From: a virus
Reading direction: 5' to 3' (one strand)
IMG/VR virus record: IMGVR_UViG_3300022699_000302
Coordinates: 32,001-96,000 of that record
Length of the DNA stretch: 64,000 nucleotides
Both the position numbers and the translations under genes were made by a program. Each line of letters starts with the position of its first letter. The first letter of the stretch is position 1. This document shows, in pieces, positions 37,100 to 46,890 of this stretch. The notes under the pieces were generated by a model, which saw only the letters and a list, made by a program, of their open reading frames with translations, was not told where the DNA came from and did no database searches.

Positions 37100-37639
37100 A
37101 TGCGTGTTGAATATGATAGCCGTCACTCTAGAGAAGCGGTGTTGATCGAGCGAATTCTAAAGAAGCTGGAGTGTTTAAAAGAGACCAGCTTAATTGGATA
37201 TGATTTGATCTTACAGACGCTTAGATCTCAGGGGTACCCAACGACTTATCGTCGATTGGCATTGGTATCTGATCGGCGTAGGCTTGAAGCTATTTTAGCT
37301 ATACTTGATAAGGCCATTGAAGGCGTATTGCCTGGTTTAACTTGGAAGGGGCTTATTGCCGACGGAACACCCGCTAATGGCGGTGATCCGTACATAGCTA
37401 GTGTTGGTGAGATTATTCTAGCCAACGGCACCAACCCGTTTACGATTACGCTGCCAGATCCCGCACAACCAGAGAACGAGAAGGCCCTCATTACAGTAAA
37501 ACTCGTGGCAGGTCCCGGTCCGGTTACCGTTGATGTTGACGGAGGAACTTTAGTAGACGGGGACCCCAATATCGAGCTGCAAGTCGAAGACATCACTTTC
37601 ATGTTTCACGCTGTGGACGGTATTTACCGTGTCTTATAG
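37100..37639 (+). CDS. Putative virion protein
   Basis: C-terminus FTITLPDP...ITVK....PVTVDVDGGTLVDG is a beta-sandwich typical of fibre proteins. Confidence 0.6.
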   Translation: MRVEYDSRHSREAVLIERILKKLECLKETSLIGYDLILQTLRSQGYPTTYRRLALVSDRRRLEAILAILDKAIEGVLPGLTWKGLIADGTPANGGDPYIASVGEIILANGTNPFTITLPDPAQPENEKALITVKLVAGPGPVTVDVDGGTLVDGDPNIELQVEDITFMFHAVDGIYRVL

Positions 37640-37677
37640 GAGGCCTTGCTATTTCTCATACGCTGCCTCTTCATGTC

Positions 37678-38241
37678 TTGTGGCAAGTGCCCGTCGACGA
37701 AGTCGCAGTGTCTCCGTCTGGCGGAGAACTGGGTGACAACGGATATCGCGTGCTTGTTCGAGGGGCCGGAGCGGGTGCTTTTGTCGGTCATGATAATGAG
37801 CTAGCCACCTGGAATGACTCTAATGCTCTGTGGGAGTTTGACGCTCCCGTTTCCGGTATGGCCGTTATCGACGCAAGTACAGGAATTCTGTACACTTATA
37901 ACGGCACGACGTGGGTCATTAGCGGGGGCGGTTTTACTACCGTCAGTGAAGTGATTCTGTCTTTTCCCGACACAGTTCCCGCAGGCACGGCGATCAATAT
38001 TCAAACTGGAGTATATGGAGGCGGAGGCCCTGCTACTGTGTTCGGAGACTTGATCACACTCCCTGCAGTCGGGGCAACGTTCAAGACTGACGGCCGTGTT
38101 CAGGTACACCTGAACGGTCAGAACCTGTTCAAGGGAGACAGTATTGGCGATGAAACAGCTAACTGGGTAAGTAGTACTCAATTAGCTTTTGATGTCAAAG
38201 TGAAAAAGTTTTCTATCGTCAAAGTCGTCACGATTTCATAA
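37678..38241 (+). CDS. Putative tail fibre protein (DUF2793-like N-terminus); start may be further upstream
   Basis: LATWN...WEFDAPVSGMAVID...LYTYNGTTW. Confidence 0.6.
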   Translation: MWQVPVDEVAVSPSGGELGDNGYRVLVRGAGAGAFVGHDNELATWNDSNALWEFDAPVSGMAVIDASTGILYTYNGTTWVISGGGFTTVSEVILSFPDTVPAGTAINIQTGVYGGGGPATVFGDLITLPAVGATFKTDGRVQVHLNGQNLFKGDSIGDETANWVSSTQLAFDVKVKKFSIVKVVTIS

Positions 38242-38262
38242 TAAGACCTCAGGGGAAAGCTC

Positions 38263-39369
38263 ATGCCTAACCGGCTGACACAAGAAGAACAAATACGGAA
38301 CTCCGACGCGTATTCGGATGCCGAAACAACAGGTTCCGGGATGGAGGCCGCTGAAGACGCCTCTAATTTGCAGGCGGACCTGAACAACCTCCGCACCATG
38401 CTGCGTCGTCATGTCAATGGTGCGGGCAGTCGTAACTGGTACGACGATGTCCTCGACGGCTTTGGTCTCGACCAGATCCACGATAAAGCGCTCGTAATTC
38501 GCATGCCGTTTCGCCAGACCGGTGCGAACCCGGCTAACTTCACTCTGGCCGGCGGTCCGCTGGCTGGTGTCCTCACCCCGGCCTCACAGTACCCTGGCGG
38601 TGCAGGCACGATTGCTGTCGGCGGTGGCTCCACGGAAGATGGCGGATTCCAGGCTGCGGACGAGTCCAACTTCACCGTCGCTGGTACGCTGGGTGTGGGT
38701 CTTACAACGGTAACTGACCCGAACGGCGCGGTCCTCAACGCGGTCGATCTCATCGATGCCGCTACCAACGACGTGCCCAAGACTACTGATGATGAGATCA
38801 TCTTCGGTCTCTTGCAGGTGGTGACCGGAACGGCCGACGGCGCTGCGATCGGCGGAGCCGCGTCAGAGACTCTTCAGATCAGTTTTGTTTACCTCGATAA
38901 GGTGACTGATACGATTACGGCGACGACGCTGCCGGACGGGACGTATCACTATGCTCCGGGGCGTCTCTCGACGTTCTACTCGCTGGCACGCGGTGCCCTG
39001 CTCACGCCGGGTGGTTCAATCGCTGAAGCCGGTGGTACGGCTCCTCGTCTTCCGTTCAATGAGTTCGAGATCTCCAGCTCACCGCGTCCCGCCGCGAACG
39101 ACCCGTTCACCATCACAACCGGGACGTTCACCACTGCTGGCGCTCAGACTGCGGTGTCGAGTGACGGTACCGTGGCGCTACCGTCGAGTGGTGCCGAATT
39201 CCGGGACGACTCCCGGATCGAGGTCTACCGTAACGGTGTCTTGCAGTCCAAAGGAGCTGACGCCTCGGAGAACCGGGATGTTTACTGGGTAAGCTCGACA
39301 CAACTCGCGTTTGAGACTAAGCTCAAGTTGAACGACACGATTATGATCGTGACGCCTGAAAGCTTCTAA
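38263..39369 (+). CDS. Putative virion/tail protein
   Basis: Gly/Thr-rich; C-terminal domain shared with 37678..38241. Confidence 0.6.
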   Translation: MPNRLTQEEQIRNSDAYSDAETTGSGMEAAEDASNLQADLNNLRTMLRRHVNGAGSRNWYDDVLDGFGLDQIHDKALVIRMPFRQTGANPANFTLAGGPLAGVLTPASQYPGGAGTIAVGGGSTEDGGFQAADESNFTVAGTLGVGLTTVTDPNGAVLNAVDLIDAATNDVPKTTDDEIIFGLLQVVTGTADGAAIGGAASETLQISFVYLDKVTDTITATTLPDGTYHYAPGRLSTFYSLARGALLTPGGSIAEAGGTAPRLPFNEFEISSSPRPAANDPFTITTGTFTTAGAQTAVSSDGTVALPSSGAEFRDDSRIEVYRNGVLQSKGADASENRDVYWVSSTQLAFETKLKLNDTIMIVTPESF

Positions 39370-39379
39370 GAGGTAGGCA

Positions 39380-39553
39380 ATGCCTGAACTGGCGGACGAT
39401 CAAGTACCGAAGACAGCGTGGCATCTTGGGGGTCGCGGTGAAGATGCAGTGCTTAGTCAGTATGAGCAACGTATGATTTTCGATCACTACGTGATCCCCG
39501 AGGATACGACGCTTACAGTTCACGAGAACGGGCAGTTCAGGGTGACGGCATGA
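39380..39553 (+). CDS. Small protein (57 aa, below the ORF-track cut-off)
   Basis: GAGGTAGG RBS, ATG 39380, stop overlaps the ATG of 39550 (ATGA). Confidence 0.5.
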   Translation: MPELADDQVPKTAWHLGGRGEDAVLSQYEQRMIFDHYVIPEDTTLTVHENGQFRVTA

Positions 39554-41436
39554 CCGCAGGTTACATCGACATTCAGAGTGGCTCAGAACCGAGCAATCCC
39601 CCGAGCGGATTCTTTCGTTTGTTCGGGGAAGGCGGAGCGTTCAAAGTCAAGGACGACGCGGGCGGTATCGGTGTATTGGGGTCCAGCCCTGAGCGTGTCT
39701 TCACGGTTGAGGAAAATGGTAAGGCCGATTTCGACAAGCTGGAAGACGCAATAGCGGCAGTCAACGCGTTGATGCCCGCACCGGATGCTTTTACTCCTGC
39801 CGCGATCAGAGTGTTCCCCGGAACGTATACCGTCCCGAATACGCAGGTTGTTCCCGAGGGCACGACCATTGAGGGTATCGGTTTCCCGATCATCACTACG
39901 GCAGTTACATCCAATCCGGTTTTCGAGCTAACGAATAACGCCAGTGCTTTACGCAACCTCGTTATTTTCGGAGCGTCCGGTGCAGGTGGGGTTGGTGTTC
40001 AATTCACGGGCGGCACAGGCGAGCGAGCGCAGCTAATCGGTTGTGTCATCAGCGGCAATGAGACCGGCATCGAAGTGGTCAGCCCGGATGATCTTGGGAT
40101 ACTCGCGAACTTCTTCAACATCTTCAGCAACAATACTACAGGTTTGCGGATCACTGACGGAACGTTGTTTCAGCGTGACGACACGTTTCAGGCGAACACC
40201 AGTCTTGACCTTGAGGTTCTGACAGCGGACGCTCGATTCCTGTCGGTCGGTGCCAGCTTCAGTCAGTTGACGGCGAATATTGACTCTGCCGCCACGGCTG
40301 TCGGCGCCCATATTTCCGAGGTTGACGGGGACGAGTCTTACCGGATCATGGGAGAGTTTTCGGTCGGTCATCCCGATGAGGGGCATCGAGCGGGGTTCGG
40401 TAAAGGCACTTCAAGCGCACTGAACATTACGGCACTTACGAATACCAACGGAGAGATTGGTACGTGGGCGGACATCACTACACAGCTTGAAAGCCCGCTC
40501 GGTTCCGTCGCCGCTCTGTTTCCCGGCACCGCAGCGGAAAACACGTTCTATCTCGGCCATCCTGAAAAATTCGTGGGCCTCGACAATATTGTTTCAACCG
40601 CAATGGTGCTTGGAAGTGGCGCGGTTGCCGTTGAATTTTGGAACGGTGCGGCATGGGTCGGGGTCAACCACATGTCCACTACTGCTGACGATTCTCCGCC
40701 ACAGCAGTACGCGGATGCTTTGTGGGAGCGCGTGGATGACGAGCACGTCAGATTCGACGACATGCCGGGTTGGGCACAGAAAAGCCTGAATGGGACCACG
40801 GCGTACTGGATCAGGGTCAGGATCACGTCTGCCATCACGACGGTGCCGCAAGCGCAGCACATGAAGCCGCACTTCGATTCGACCGAGATTTCGCGCACCG
40901 GTCAGGTCACGTTATTCGGAGCGGCGGAACCCAAGATTGTTCTGCCGACCAACTGGTCGAACTTCAACGACGTTCAGGGGTTCCCTGCTGGAAACGTTTT
41001 CATCGACTACAGTCCGCAGGTTTCCGTCCTAAGTCTTGACGCTGATTTCGACGACGGATCGGTCAACGCGGTCGGGACACTGATCCAGATTCCCTCGGGT
41101 CTCGACACGTCGAAACCGATTGAGCTTTCGGTGCAATGGATTCCGAAAAGTACCGGAGGTGATGTTGAGTTACAAACCGTCGAGACTTTGGTGCGTGAAG
41201 GGGATACTCTCGACGGTACACTGGCTGAAACATTCAGCAGTAAAGTCGTCACGGCTCCGGCAACAAACGTTCTCGTCACGACTACGTTCCAGTTCGACGT
41301 GTCTGAGTTGACTCCGTCGGACTTTCTGGCCATCACCTTGTTTCGTGATGCCATGGGCGGTAACGCAGACGACACTTTGTTGGGAGACGTGCATATCGTG
41401 CGTGCTTCGATAAGGGGCTTTAGGTGGCTGGCATGA
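39550..41436 (+). CDS. Tail fibre/spike protein with pectin-lyase-like beta-helix
   Basis: ADFDKLEDAI...IRVFPGTY...EGTTIEG followed by beta-helix-like repeats. Confidence 0.7.
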   Translation: MTAGYIDIQSGSEPSNPPSGFFRLFGEGGAFKVKDDAGGIGVLGSSPERVFTVEENGKADFDKLEDAIAAVNALMPAPDAFTPAAIRVFPGTYTVPNTQVVPEGTTIEGIGFPIITTAVTSNPVFELTNNASALRNLVIFGASGAGGVGVQFTGGTGERAQLIGCVISGNETGIEVVSPDDLGILANFFNIFSNNTTGLRITDGTLFQRDDTFQANTSLDLEVLTADARFLSVGASFSQLTANIDSAATAVGAHISEVDGDESYRIMGEFSVGHPDEGHRAGFGKGTSSALNITALTNTNGEIGTWADITTQLESPLGSVAALFPGTAAENTFYLGHPEKFVGLDNIVSTAMVLGSGAVAVEFWNGAAWVGVNHMSTTADDSPPQQYADALWERVDDEHVRFDDMPGWAQKSLNGTTAYWIRVRITSAITTVPQAQHMKPHFDSTEISRTGQVTLFGAAEPKIVLPTNWSNFNDVQGFPAGNVFIDYSPQVSVLSLDADFDDGSVNAVGTLIQIPSGLDTSKPIELSVQWIPKSTGGDVELQTVETLVREGDTLDGTLAETFSSKVVTAPATNVLVTTTFQFDVSELTPSDFLAITLFRDAMGGNADDTLLGDVHIVRASIRGFRWLA

Positions 41437-42035
41437 AATACGTTTATCTTGATGCCGACGGGTTGGTGGTTGCTACGTCGAATGTGCAGCGCGAGATCAC
41501 GTTGCCCAAGTTGGTCGAACTTGGCGTGGTTGAGCGTATTGATGGCGCACCGGATGAGGTTTCCGCTCCGGGCGATTTCGGTTCAACCTCGACGTACACC
41601 AAGGTTAAGGGCGACGGCACCAGTACTGACGACTACGAGAAGTCCGACAACCTTCAACCGATCAAAGAACGTAGGTATCGTGAAATTGACTCACGCACGT
41701 CTCAGTTGATCGCACAGGGGTTCAAGCATCAGGACAAAACATTCAGTCTGTCGGAACAGGCGCAGAACAACATGATCGGGGTTCGCACGGCTATTGCGGA
41801 TCACCGGGCCAGCGGGACACTGCCAGACTTTGAATCAGCGTTCTTTCCGATCACGTTCAACACCTTGAACGACGACGACTCAATGAAGATTATCGACTCC
41901 GACGAATACATGGCGTTCTACGACGACGCGATGAGCACGATTCGGTCACACCTCGATGGAGGCACTGCACTCAAGAAAGACATCCGTGCCGCGACTACCA
42001 AGGCAGAAGTTGACGCTGTGGTAGACAACCGATGA
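41433..42035 (+). CDS. Tail fibre assembly/chaperone-like protein (DUF4376-like)
   Basis: IKERRYREID...GFKHQDKTFSLS..AQNN...ITFNTL....IRAATT.AEVDAV. Confidence 0.65.
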   Translation: MKYVYLDADGLVVATSNVQREITLPKLVELGVVERIDGAPDEVSAPGDFGSTSTYTKVKGDGTSTDDYEKSDNLQPIKERRYREIDSRTSQLIAQGFKHQDKTFSLSEQAQNNMIGVRTAIADHRASGTLPDFESAFFPITFNTLNDDDSMKIIDSDEYMAFYDDAMSTIRSHLDGGTALKKDIRAATTKAEVDAVVDNR

Positions 42036-42931
42036 GGGCTTTAGTGCTTAGCGGTGGCGGTTCCAAAGGATCCTGGCAGGCCGGTGCTATTAAAGCAGTG
42101 GCCGATAGTTGTTGGGGCAAAAAAGGCTTTGATTTCATCTCAGGCACAAGCGTTGGGGCCATTAATGCTGCCGGTCTAGGCATGTTCCGAAAGGATGAGT
42201 TTCGGAGCGCAGCTATCATCCTCGAAGGGATATGGTACGACCGCTTGAAGGTGTGGCGTCTAAAATTTCCCTGGTATCTTTGCGGGTTATGGAGTCCCTC
42301 CATAGGCACGAATAAGAGACTCGAGAAGTTCATCGACAAGAAGCTTAATCTCGAGGACCTTCAGAAGAGTGATGTCGATCTTTGCTTCAGTGCAGTCGAT
42401 ATCGAGAGCGGGGAACTCAAGCGATTCACTAAAGACTCGAATGATATCAAAGCCGCCATTATGGCTAGCGCCAGCTTTCCTGTAGCCTTTCCTCTACAAG
42501 AAGTGGAACGGAGGCTTTACACCGATGGCGGTGTACGAGACATAGCGCCGTTGAAGCCGGCCATCGAGGCAGGGGCCAGTGAGATTATTGTCTTGATGAC
42601 GGAAAACCCGTTTGAGGCAGCTGAGGTAGAGCCCCCCAAGAATGCTGTGTCGATGGCTATGAGGGTGGTTAATCTACTCACCGCTGAAGTTCTGCTCAAC
42701 GATATCGAGAGATGCTACAAGATCAACGAGCAGATCATTCATCACCCCGGCAAGCGAAAGGTTCTAGTTCATACCTATTGGCCGGAAAAACCCCTGGCGG
42801 ACTCTTTGAATTTCAAGACGAAGCTCATGAGAAAGCAGATCGAGCAGGGGTACGATGAGGTCCGAAAGCAGCTCGACGACGTCTCCCCGCTGGATAAACA
42901 AAGACAAGCTAAAAGAAAAGGACTTAGTTGA
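42032..42931 (+). CDS. Patatin-like phospholipase
   Basis: LVLSGGGSKG oxyanion loop, GTSVG catalytic Ser, ASASFP, DGG catalytic Asp. Confidence 0.92.
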   Translation: MRALVLSGGGSKGSWQAGAIKAVADSCWGKKGFDFISGTSVGAINAAGLGMFRKDEFRSAAIILEGIWYDRLKVWRLKFPWYLCGLWSPSIGTNKRLEKFIDKKLNLEDLQKSDVDLCFSAVDIESGELKRFTKDSNDIKAAIMASASFPVAFPLQEVERRLYTDGGVRDIAPLKPAIEAGASEIIVLMTENPFEAAEVEPPKNAVSMAMRVVNLLTAEVLLNDIERCYKINEQIIHHPGKRKVLVHTYWPEKPLADSLNFKTKLMRKQIEQGYDEVRKQLDDVSPLDKQRQAKRKGLS

Positions 42932-43211
42932 CCGGCTTGTACTTGCCGGTCTTCCAGTCCTTTTCTACGTCCTCGATGAAATTCCTGAATGCGTCCATGA
43001 GGAGCATCTCTTCAACATCGCTTAGCTGAAGATCGGCGAAAGCGTCCCAGTACCCCCGCATGCATGAGTTAGCGGTAAGGTAGGTGATGAATCGCGGTTT
43101 CGGCCAGTTGGTGTGCCAGACCGCTACTCGTTCTTCGTGTCTATGGTCGGGTCTCTTGTCTTCGACCCGATAGACATACCAATCGCCGTGGGACCACCTC
43201 AGATACGGCAT
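42924..43211 (-). CDS. Hypothetical protein
   Basis: GAGG RBS; MPYLRWS..DWYVY. Confidence 0.65.
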   Translation of the reverse strand: MPYLRWSHGDWYVYRVEDKRPDHRHEERVAVWHTNWPKPRFITYLTANSCMRGYWDAFADLQLSDVEEMLLMDAFRNFIEDVEKDWKTGKYKPVN

Positions 43212-43254
43212 AGACCACCTCTACAATCAGTGTAGATCGGTCTTTGTTTTTAGT

Positions 43255-43638
43255 TCAGATCTTGAATCGCTGCTCCGGCGGTTTGACTTCCTCGAACTCG
43301 TCGATCAGCTCATCGATCTTTCCGATGATGACCCGAATCTCCATGTAGTGCCGGCTTTCCGGGTTGATCTCGTGGCAAAGACTCTCGAGTCTCTGGCGGG
43401 TAAACCGTAGACCTGGGATTCGGGCATGACGTTCTTCTTCGACGATCTCGCGTACACGCTTGTCATCGATAGGCAAGGCAAGATCTTTGACTGACGGTAC
43501 AGGAATTGGTTGTTCCGGCATAGGTAGGGCCTCCGGCTCTTTGTAGGGCTGACGGACATCGTGACCACAGGTCATGCAGCGGAAGGCGGTGTCCGAGTTC
43601 CAGCTTCCGCATTTAGTGCATTGGTAAATCTCAGTCAT
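43255..43638 (-). CDS. Zn-ribbon protein
   Basis: CTKCG...CMTCG. Confidence 0.7.
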   Translation of the reverse strand: MTEIYQCTKCGSWNSDTAFRCMTCGHDVRQPYKEPEALPMPEQPIPVPSVKDLALPIDDKRVREIVEEERHARIPGLRFTRQRLESLCHEINPESRHYMEIRVIIGKIDELIDEFEEVKPPEQRFKI

Positions 43639-43694
43639 TTTACTTCCCCCTACTTAGGCCGTTCTTCTCGTGCTTTTTCCAGCGCTTCCTTATT

Positions 43695-43717
43695 TTGGTT
43701 GCACCGGATGCAACCTA
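43695..43717. repeat. Palindromic element, copy 6 (variant)
   Basis: TTGGTTGCACCGGATGCAACCTA. Confidence 0.65.
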
Positions 43718-44095
43718 TTCCGCGATCGGGCCGGGACGTCCCGGACCAGTGGATTTCAAAAGTTTTTGGGCCGATCTGATGTGGGTTTCGGCCCGGACGC
43801 GCCAGTCATAGCTGGGCTCATCGACTAATGCTTCAGCCAGGGTGTCCTGCAAGGTGTCGATCATCTGGCGATAGTTGGCTTCGCGGGCCTCAATAAACTC
43901 CTTGAGAGTATCGAGGATCCGCTGATCCTCGGTCACGTAGATCAAGGCATCCTGAGTGGTTGCTAGTTCGTGATTCAGTTCCTTGATCTTCGCCAAAGCC
44001 TCTTCAGCTTCGACATAGTCCCCGTCCTTGTTTTCTTCTCTGAAGACGTAGGGACCGTTGGCGTTTTCGCCCACACTGAAAAAGTATCGGTTCAT
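43715..44095 (-). CDS. Hypothetical coiled-coil protein
   Basis: ENKDGDYV motif followed by heptads. Confidence 0.7.
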   Translation of the reverse strand: MNRYFFSVGENANGPYVFREENKDGDYVEAEEALAKIKELNHELATTQDALIYVTEDQRILDTLKEFIEAREANYRQMIDTLQDTLAEALVDEPSYDWRVRAETHIRSAQKLLKSTGPGRPGPIAE

Positions 44096-44757
44096 CGCTT
44101 AATCCCCCAGTAAGTGTCGGTCAACTCTCCGATCGTATCGAAAAACTCATCGTCAGTGATCTTGTCGTCGTTCATCCTTTGATTGGCTTCTACGACCTTG
44201 CGTACCGCTACAGCGAGTTCGGTGTGTTTCCGGGCTTCTTTGGCGAACTCCCTTTCGATCTCTTGGTAGACCCCGTAGATCTGGCATCCCGCAATGATGT
44301 CGGGACTATCGTGCTTATAGAAGACCTGAACATAGGGGTTGAGCCATTTAGCCGTAGTAGGGCAGTCCTGCCAAAAGACCGTGATCATGTTGCCGGCGTC
44401 GCTGAAGACCCAGCCCGGTTTCCATTCGCGTTCCGGTGCTCTCTCTATCAAGTACTTGAGAGCATCCTCTGTGTCAGGGATGGAGTCGACGCCGAGGAGA
44501 AAGAGGATGTTCTCGATACGAGTCTCCCTCGTGTCGAAATGCCGATTAGCCCAGGTCAGAAGTAAGTCGTAGGCTTCCTGTTCTGTGATCGGTGTGCCCC
44601 GAATCATCCAAGTACTGCCGCTCTTAGTTCGGAACAAGCCGGAGCGCTTCGGCATCTTGTATTTAGATCGGAGCTCCTTGTACATCATCCCCAGGTCCCT
44701 TGCCTTTGGGATCTTTTTTCCGATCTCGTCCTTTTTGTAGTTCGGCGTATGATTCAT
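44092..44757 (-). CDS. Hypothetical protein
   Basis: 221-aa ORF. Confidence 0.7.
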   Translation of the reverse strand: MNHTPNYKKDEIGKKIPKARDLGMMYKELRSKYKMPKRSGLFRTKSGSTWMIRGTPITEQEAYDLLLTWANRHFDTRETRIENILFLLGVDSIPDTEDALKYLIERAPEREWKPGWVFSDAGNMITVFWQDCPTTAKWLNPYVQVFYKHDSPDIIAGCQIYGVYQEIEREFAKEARKHTELAVAVRKVVEANQRMNDDKITDDEFFDTIGELTDTYWGIKR

Positions 44758-45337
44758 GGGTCTCTCTCAATTCAGTCAATAAAGGGTCCAGTTCTTTTTT
44801 GTTAGTCTCCAGCTGTTTAACTAGTTCCCGCTCTCTGTGTCTTAGCCGTTCATAGGACTGGCGAGTGAATCGTCCTTGTTGGTGGTACTGAGTGATCTGA
44901 TTCAGGACTTTAATCAGCTCTTCCTGGAGAGTCATGTGCAGAGCAGCAGACCACACGAAATTTCGCCAGCACCTGATCTTACTTGCGGCTTCTTGGGCCA
45001 GGGTCCCGGGAGTATGCTCGCCTACGCAAACTCCGTCTTCTTCTGTTGCTCCAGGAAAAATTTCAGGATCATCTTTGTACCAAGGATACCCTAATACCGG
45101 TCCTAGCGACTGTTCAACATCGACGAGTTCTCGGTGATACGCTGTATCCAGTCGATCTGCTTCGCTCATCAGGTTTTCGATAAAGGAGGCGGATCTCTTT
45201 AGAGGATCTCGAAGATAAGGAAATTTTTTACTCAGAGAGTCTAGTATCTTGGGCAGTTCGAGATTGGACGGATCATTTCGAACGCTCTTCTTTTTCTCGT
45301 CGGTAGTCTCTGGGAATGAGGGCTTTTCGTTCGGCAT
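44663..45337 (-). CDS. Hypothetical protein
   Basis: 224-aa ORF overlapping both neighbours; boundaries uncertain. Confidence 0.55.
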   Translation of the reverse strand: MPNEKPSFPETTDEKKKSVRNDPSNLELPKILDSLSKKFPYLRDPLKRSASFIENLMSEADRLDTAYHRELVDVEQSLGPVLGYPWYKDDPEIFPGATEEDGVCVGEHTPGTLAQEAASKIRCWRNFVWSAALHMTLQEELIKVLNQITQYHQQGRFTRQSYERLRHRERELVKQLETNKKELDPLLTELRETHESYAELQKGRDRKKDPKGKGPGDDVQGAPI

Positions 45338-45758
45338 CTTCTTTCAACCTTTCTTTGATATCAGCCAAGCTTCTGAGTAATTTGAGTGTCCCTTCAGCAT
45401 GCCAGTCACGGACATCAGGAGAAGCGTATTTGAGATGATCAATGGCAGCCTCCAGCTCTTTGATATAGAGGTCACGCCACTTTATCTGCTGGCCAACAGG
45501 AGTAATAAGCAGTTCCGATACGGACTCCCAGTCGACCTCCCCTCTGGCCAGGCGTACACCACGATCGTGATTACACCGTTTATGGGTTAAGCGGATGTTC
45601 TCCAGCGTGTTATTGCCGCCGAAACTGCGGGGTAAGATATGGTCGATCGATGTGTCCTTCATCTTCATTTTCTCTCCGCAGATAGCACACCTACCGTTTT
45701 GTCGGAGGAACAGTTTCTGCTTTCGGCGCCGTGACGGCTTCTTACGTTCATTTACCAT
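45273..45758 (-). CDS. HNH endonuclease
   Basis: CAICG...SIDHILPRSFGGNNTLENIRLTHKRCNHDRG. Confidence 0.9.
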   Translation of the reverse strand: MVNERKKPSRRRKQKLFLRQNGRCAICGEKMKMKDTSIDHILPRSFGGNNTLENIRLTHKRCNHDRGVRLARGEVDWESVSELLITPVGQQIKWRDLYIKELEAAIDHLKYASPDVRDWHAEGTLKLLRSLADIKERLKEDAERKALIPRDYRREKEERSK

Positions 45759-46252
45759 GCATTCCCCAACCCATCCCAAGGGACCAAGCTGACGATCCAC
45801 TGACTCCTGCCACTTGAACTCATGGGGGCTTTATTGATGTGAGAGATTAGAAAGATGTCCTCGTTCCCTGAAGGTTTTTCAACAACTTTGGTGCTTCCGG
45901 TGACTATCGAGGGGGTCGTCTCCTTGAGAATCATACGGTCGCGTACACGGTAGTCTTCTGCGAAGAGGATAAGATATGAGCGATCGCCATTGATGATCTG
46001 CTGGTACTCTTCTGACTTGATCTTAAGGACATGCTCGACGGCCTGAAAGTCTCTCACGGTTCCTGATTTATCACAAGACGCACAGACGCAGCGATTCATA
46101 CGATTCCACTCTACGTCGCCGAAATCGGAAGTGCCGTCATCGAAGACGTCGAACATTGCAGTACCCTCGATTTTAAATTGTCGGTTGTTACCGCATTTCG
46201 GACAACGAAATCCCTCCAAGCAATTCGTGTTTCTTTCGGTTGAATCATTCAT
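45752..46252 (-). CDS. Zn ribbon fused to ASCH/DUF3850-like domain
   Basis: CPKCG...CASC, then HVLKIKSEEYQQIING..SY....DYRVRDRMILKE. Confidence 0.6.
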   Translation of the reverse strand: MNDSTERNTNCLEGFRCPKCGNNRQFKIEGTAMFDVFDDGTSDFGDVEWNRMNRCVCASCDKSGTVRDFQAVEHVLKIKSEEYQQIINGDRSYLILFAEDYRVRDRMILKETTPSIVTGSTKVVEKPSGNEDIFLISHINKAPMSSSGRSQWIVSLVPWDGLGNAW

Positions 46253-46274
46253 GTCATCTCCTGGTTTAGGGAGG

Positions 46275-46640
46275 CTAAGACGCGAAGCCTTTTTGGTAGA
46301 GCATGTGGTTCAGCCCCTTAGCTCTTAGGGCGGCCCTACATACCAGCTCTGGGGTAACTTCCGTGTTCGTGTTGTCCTGGACTGAAACGTGACGATCCTT
46401 CACAAAGACGACGTGAGCGTCGCGATAGCTATTGTGAAAAACCCGTCGGTCCCTCATTTCGAAGACGTAGCCGTCACGGCGCATCTTTTCGACAACTGAA
46501 AAAGCCGCGTCCCAGTTATCGATGTAATTTGGGACCCAGGGAATCCCTGGTTTATCCAGCTCGGTCAACTCCATTAGTTCTGTGGCTACGTAAAAGTTGA
46601 ACTGATCGCGTCGGCGTTTCTCATTCCTGTCGTCTGTCAT
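46275..46640 (-). CDS. Phage ABA-sandwich-like domain protein
   Basis: VPNYIDNWDAAFSVVEKM...PELVCRAAL. Confidence 0.55.
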   Translation of the reverse strand: MTDDRNEKRRRDQFNFYVATELMELTELDKPGIPWVPNYIDNWDAAFSVVEKMRRDGYVFEMRDRRVFHNSYRDAHVVFVKDRHVSVQDNTNTEVTPELVCRAALRAKGLNHMLYQKGFAS

Positions 46641-46845
46641 CGTCCCCTCCTTGAGGTATGCCCTCGTTCGCAAGGATGTAGGATACTGATACACAATCTC
46701 CGACCAGCCTTGTGTCGAATTGGGTTGTTTCAGCTTCGTCTTTGGCGGCGGCATCTGAGTGCGATACCCCAGTCCAGATACCTTGATCGAATCTTTCACC
46801 GGTTTCCAGGTTTTCAGCCCAGACTTGGATTGCATAGAATTTCAC
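46621..46845 (-). CDS. Hypothetical protein
   Basis: GAGAAGAGG RBS, GTG start. Confidence 0.6.
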   Translation of the reverse strand: MKFYAIQVWAENLETGERFDQGIWTGVSHSDAAAKDEAETTQFDTRLVGDCVSVSYILANEGIPQGGDDDRRQE

Positions 46846-46890
46846 CTCTTCTCCTTTTCGTGTAAATAAAAAGACAGGCCCGGAGGCCTG

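Noticed and set aside
37100-42035. Diversity-generating retroelement acting on tail fibres
   Set aside because: No reverse transcriptase and no template/variable repeat pair with A-specific mismatches seen.
43652-43660. GGCCTAAGT as another early promoter
   Set aside because: One mismatch, lacks the TAGAG tail and runs into the RBS of 43638; may be coincidental.
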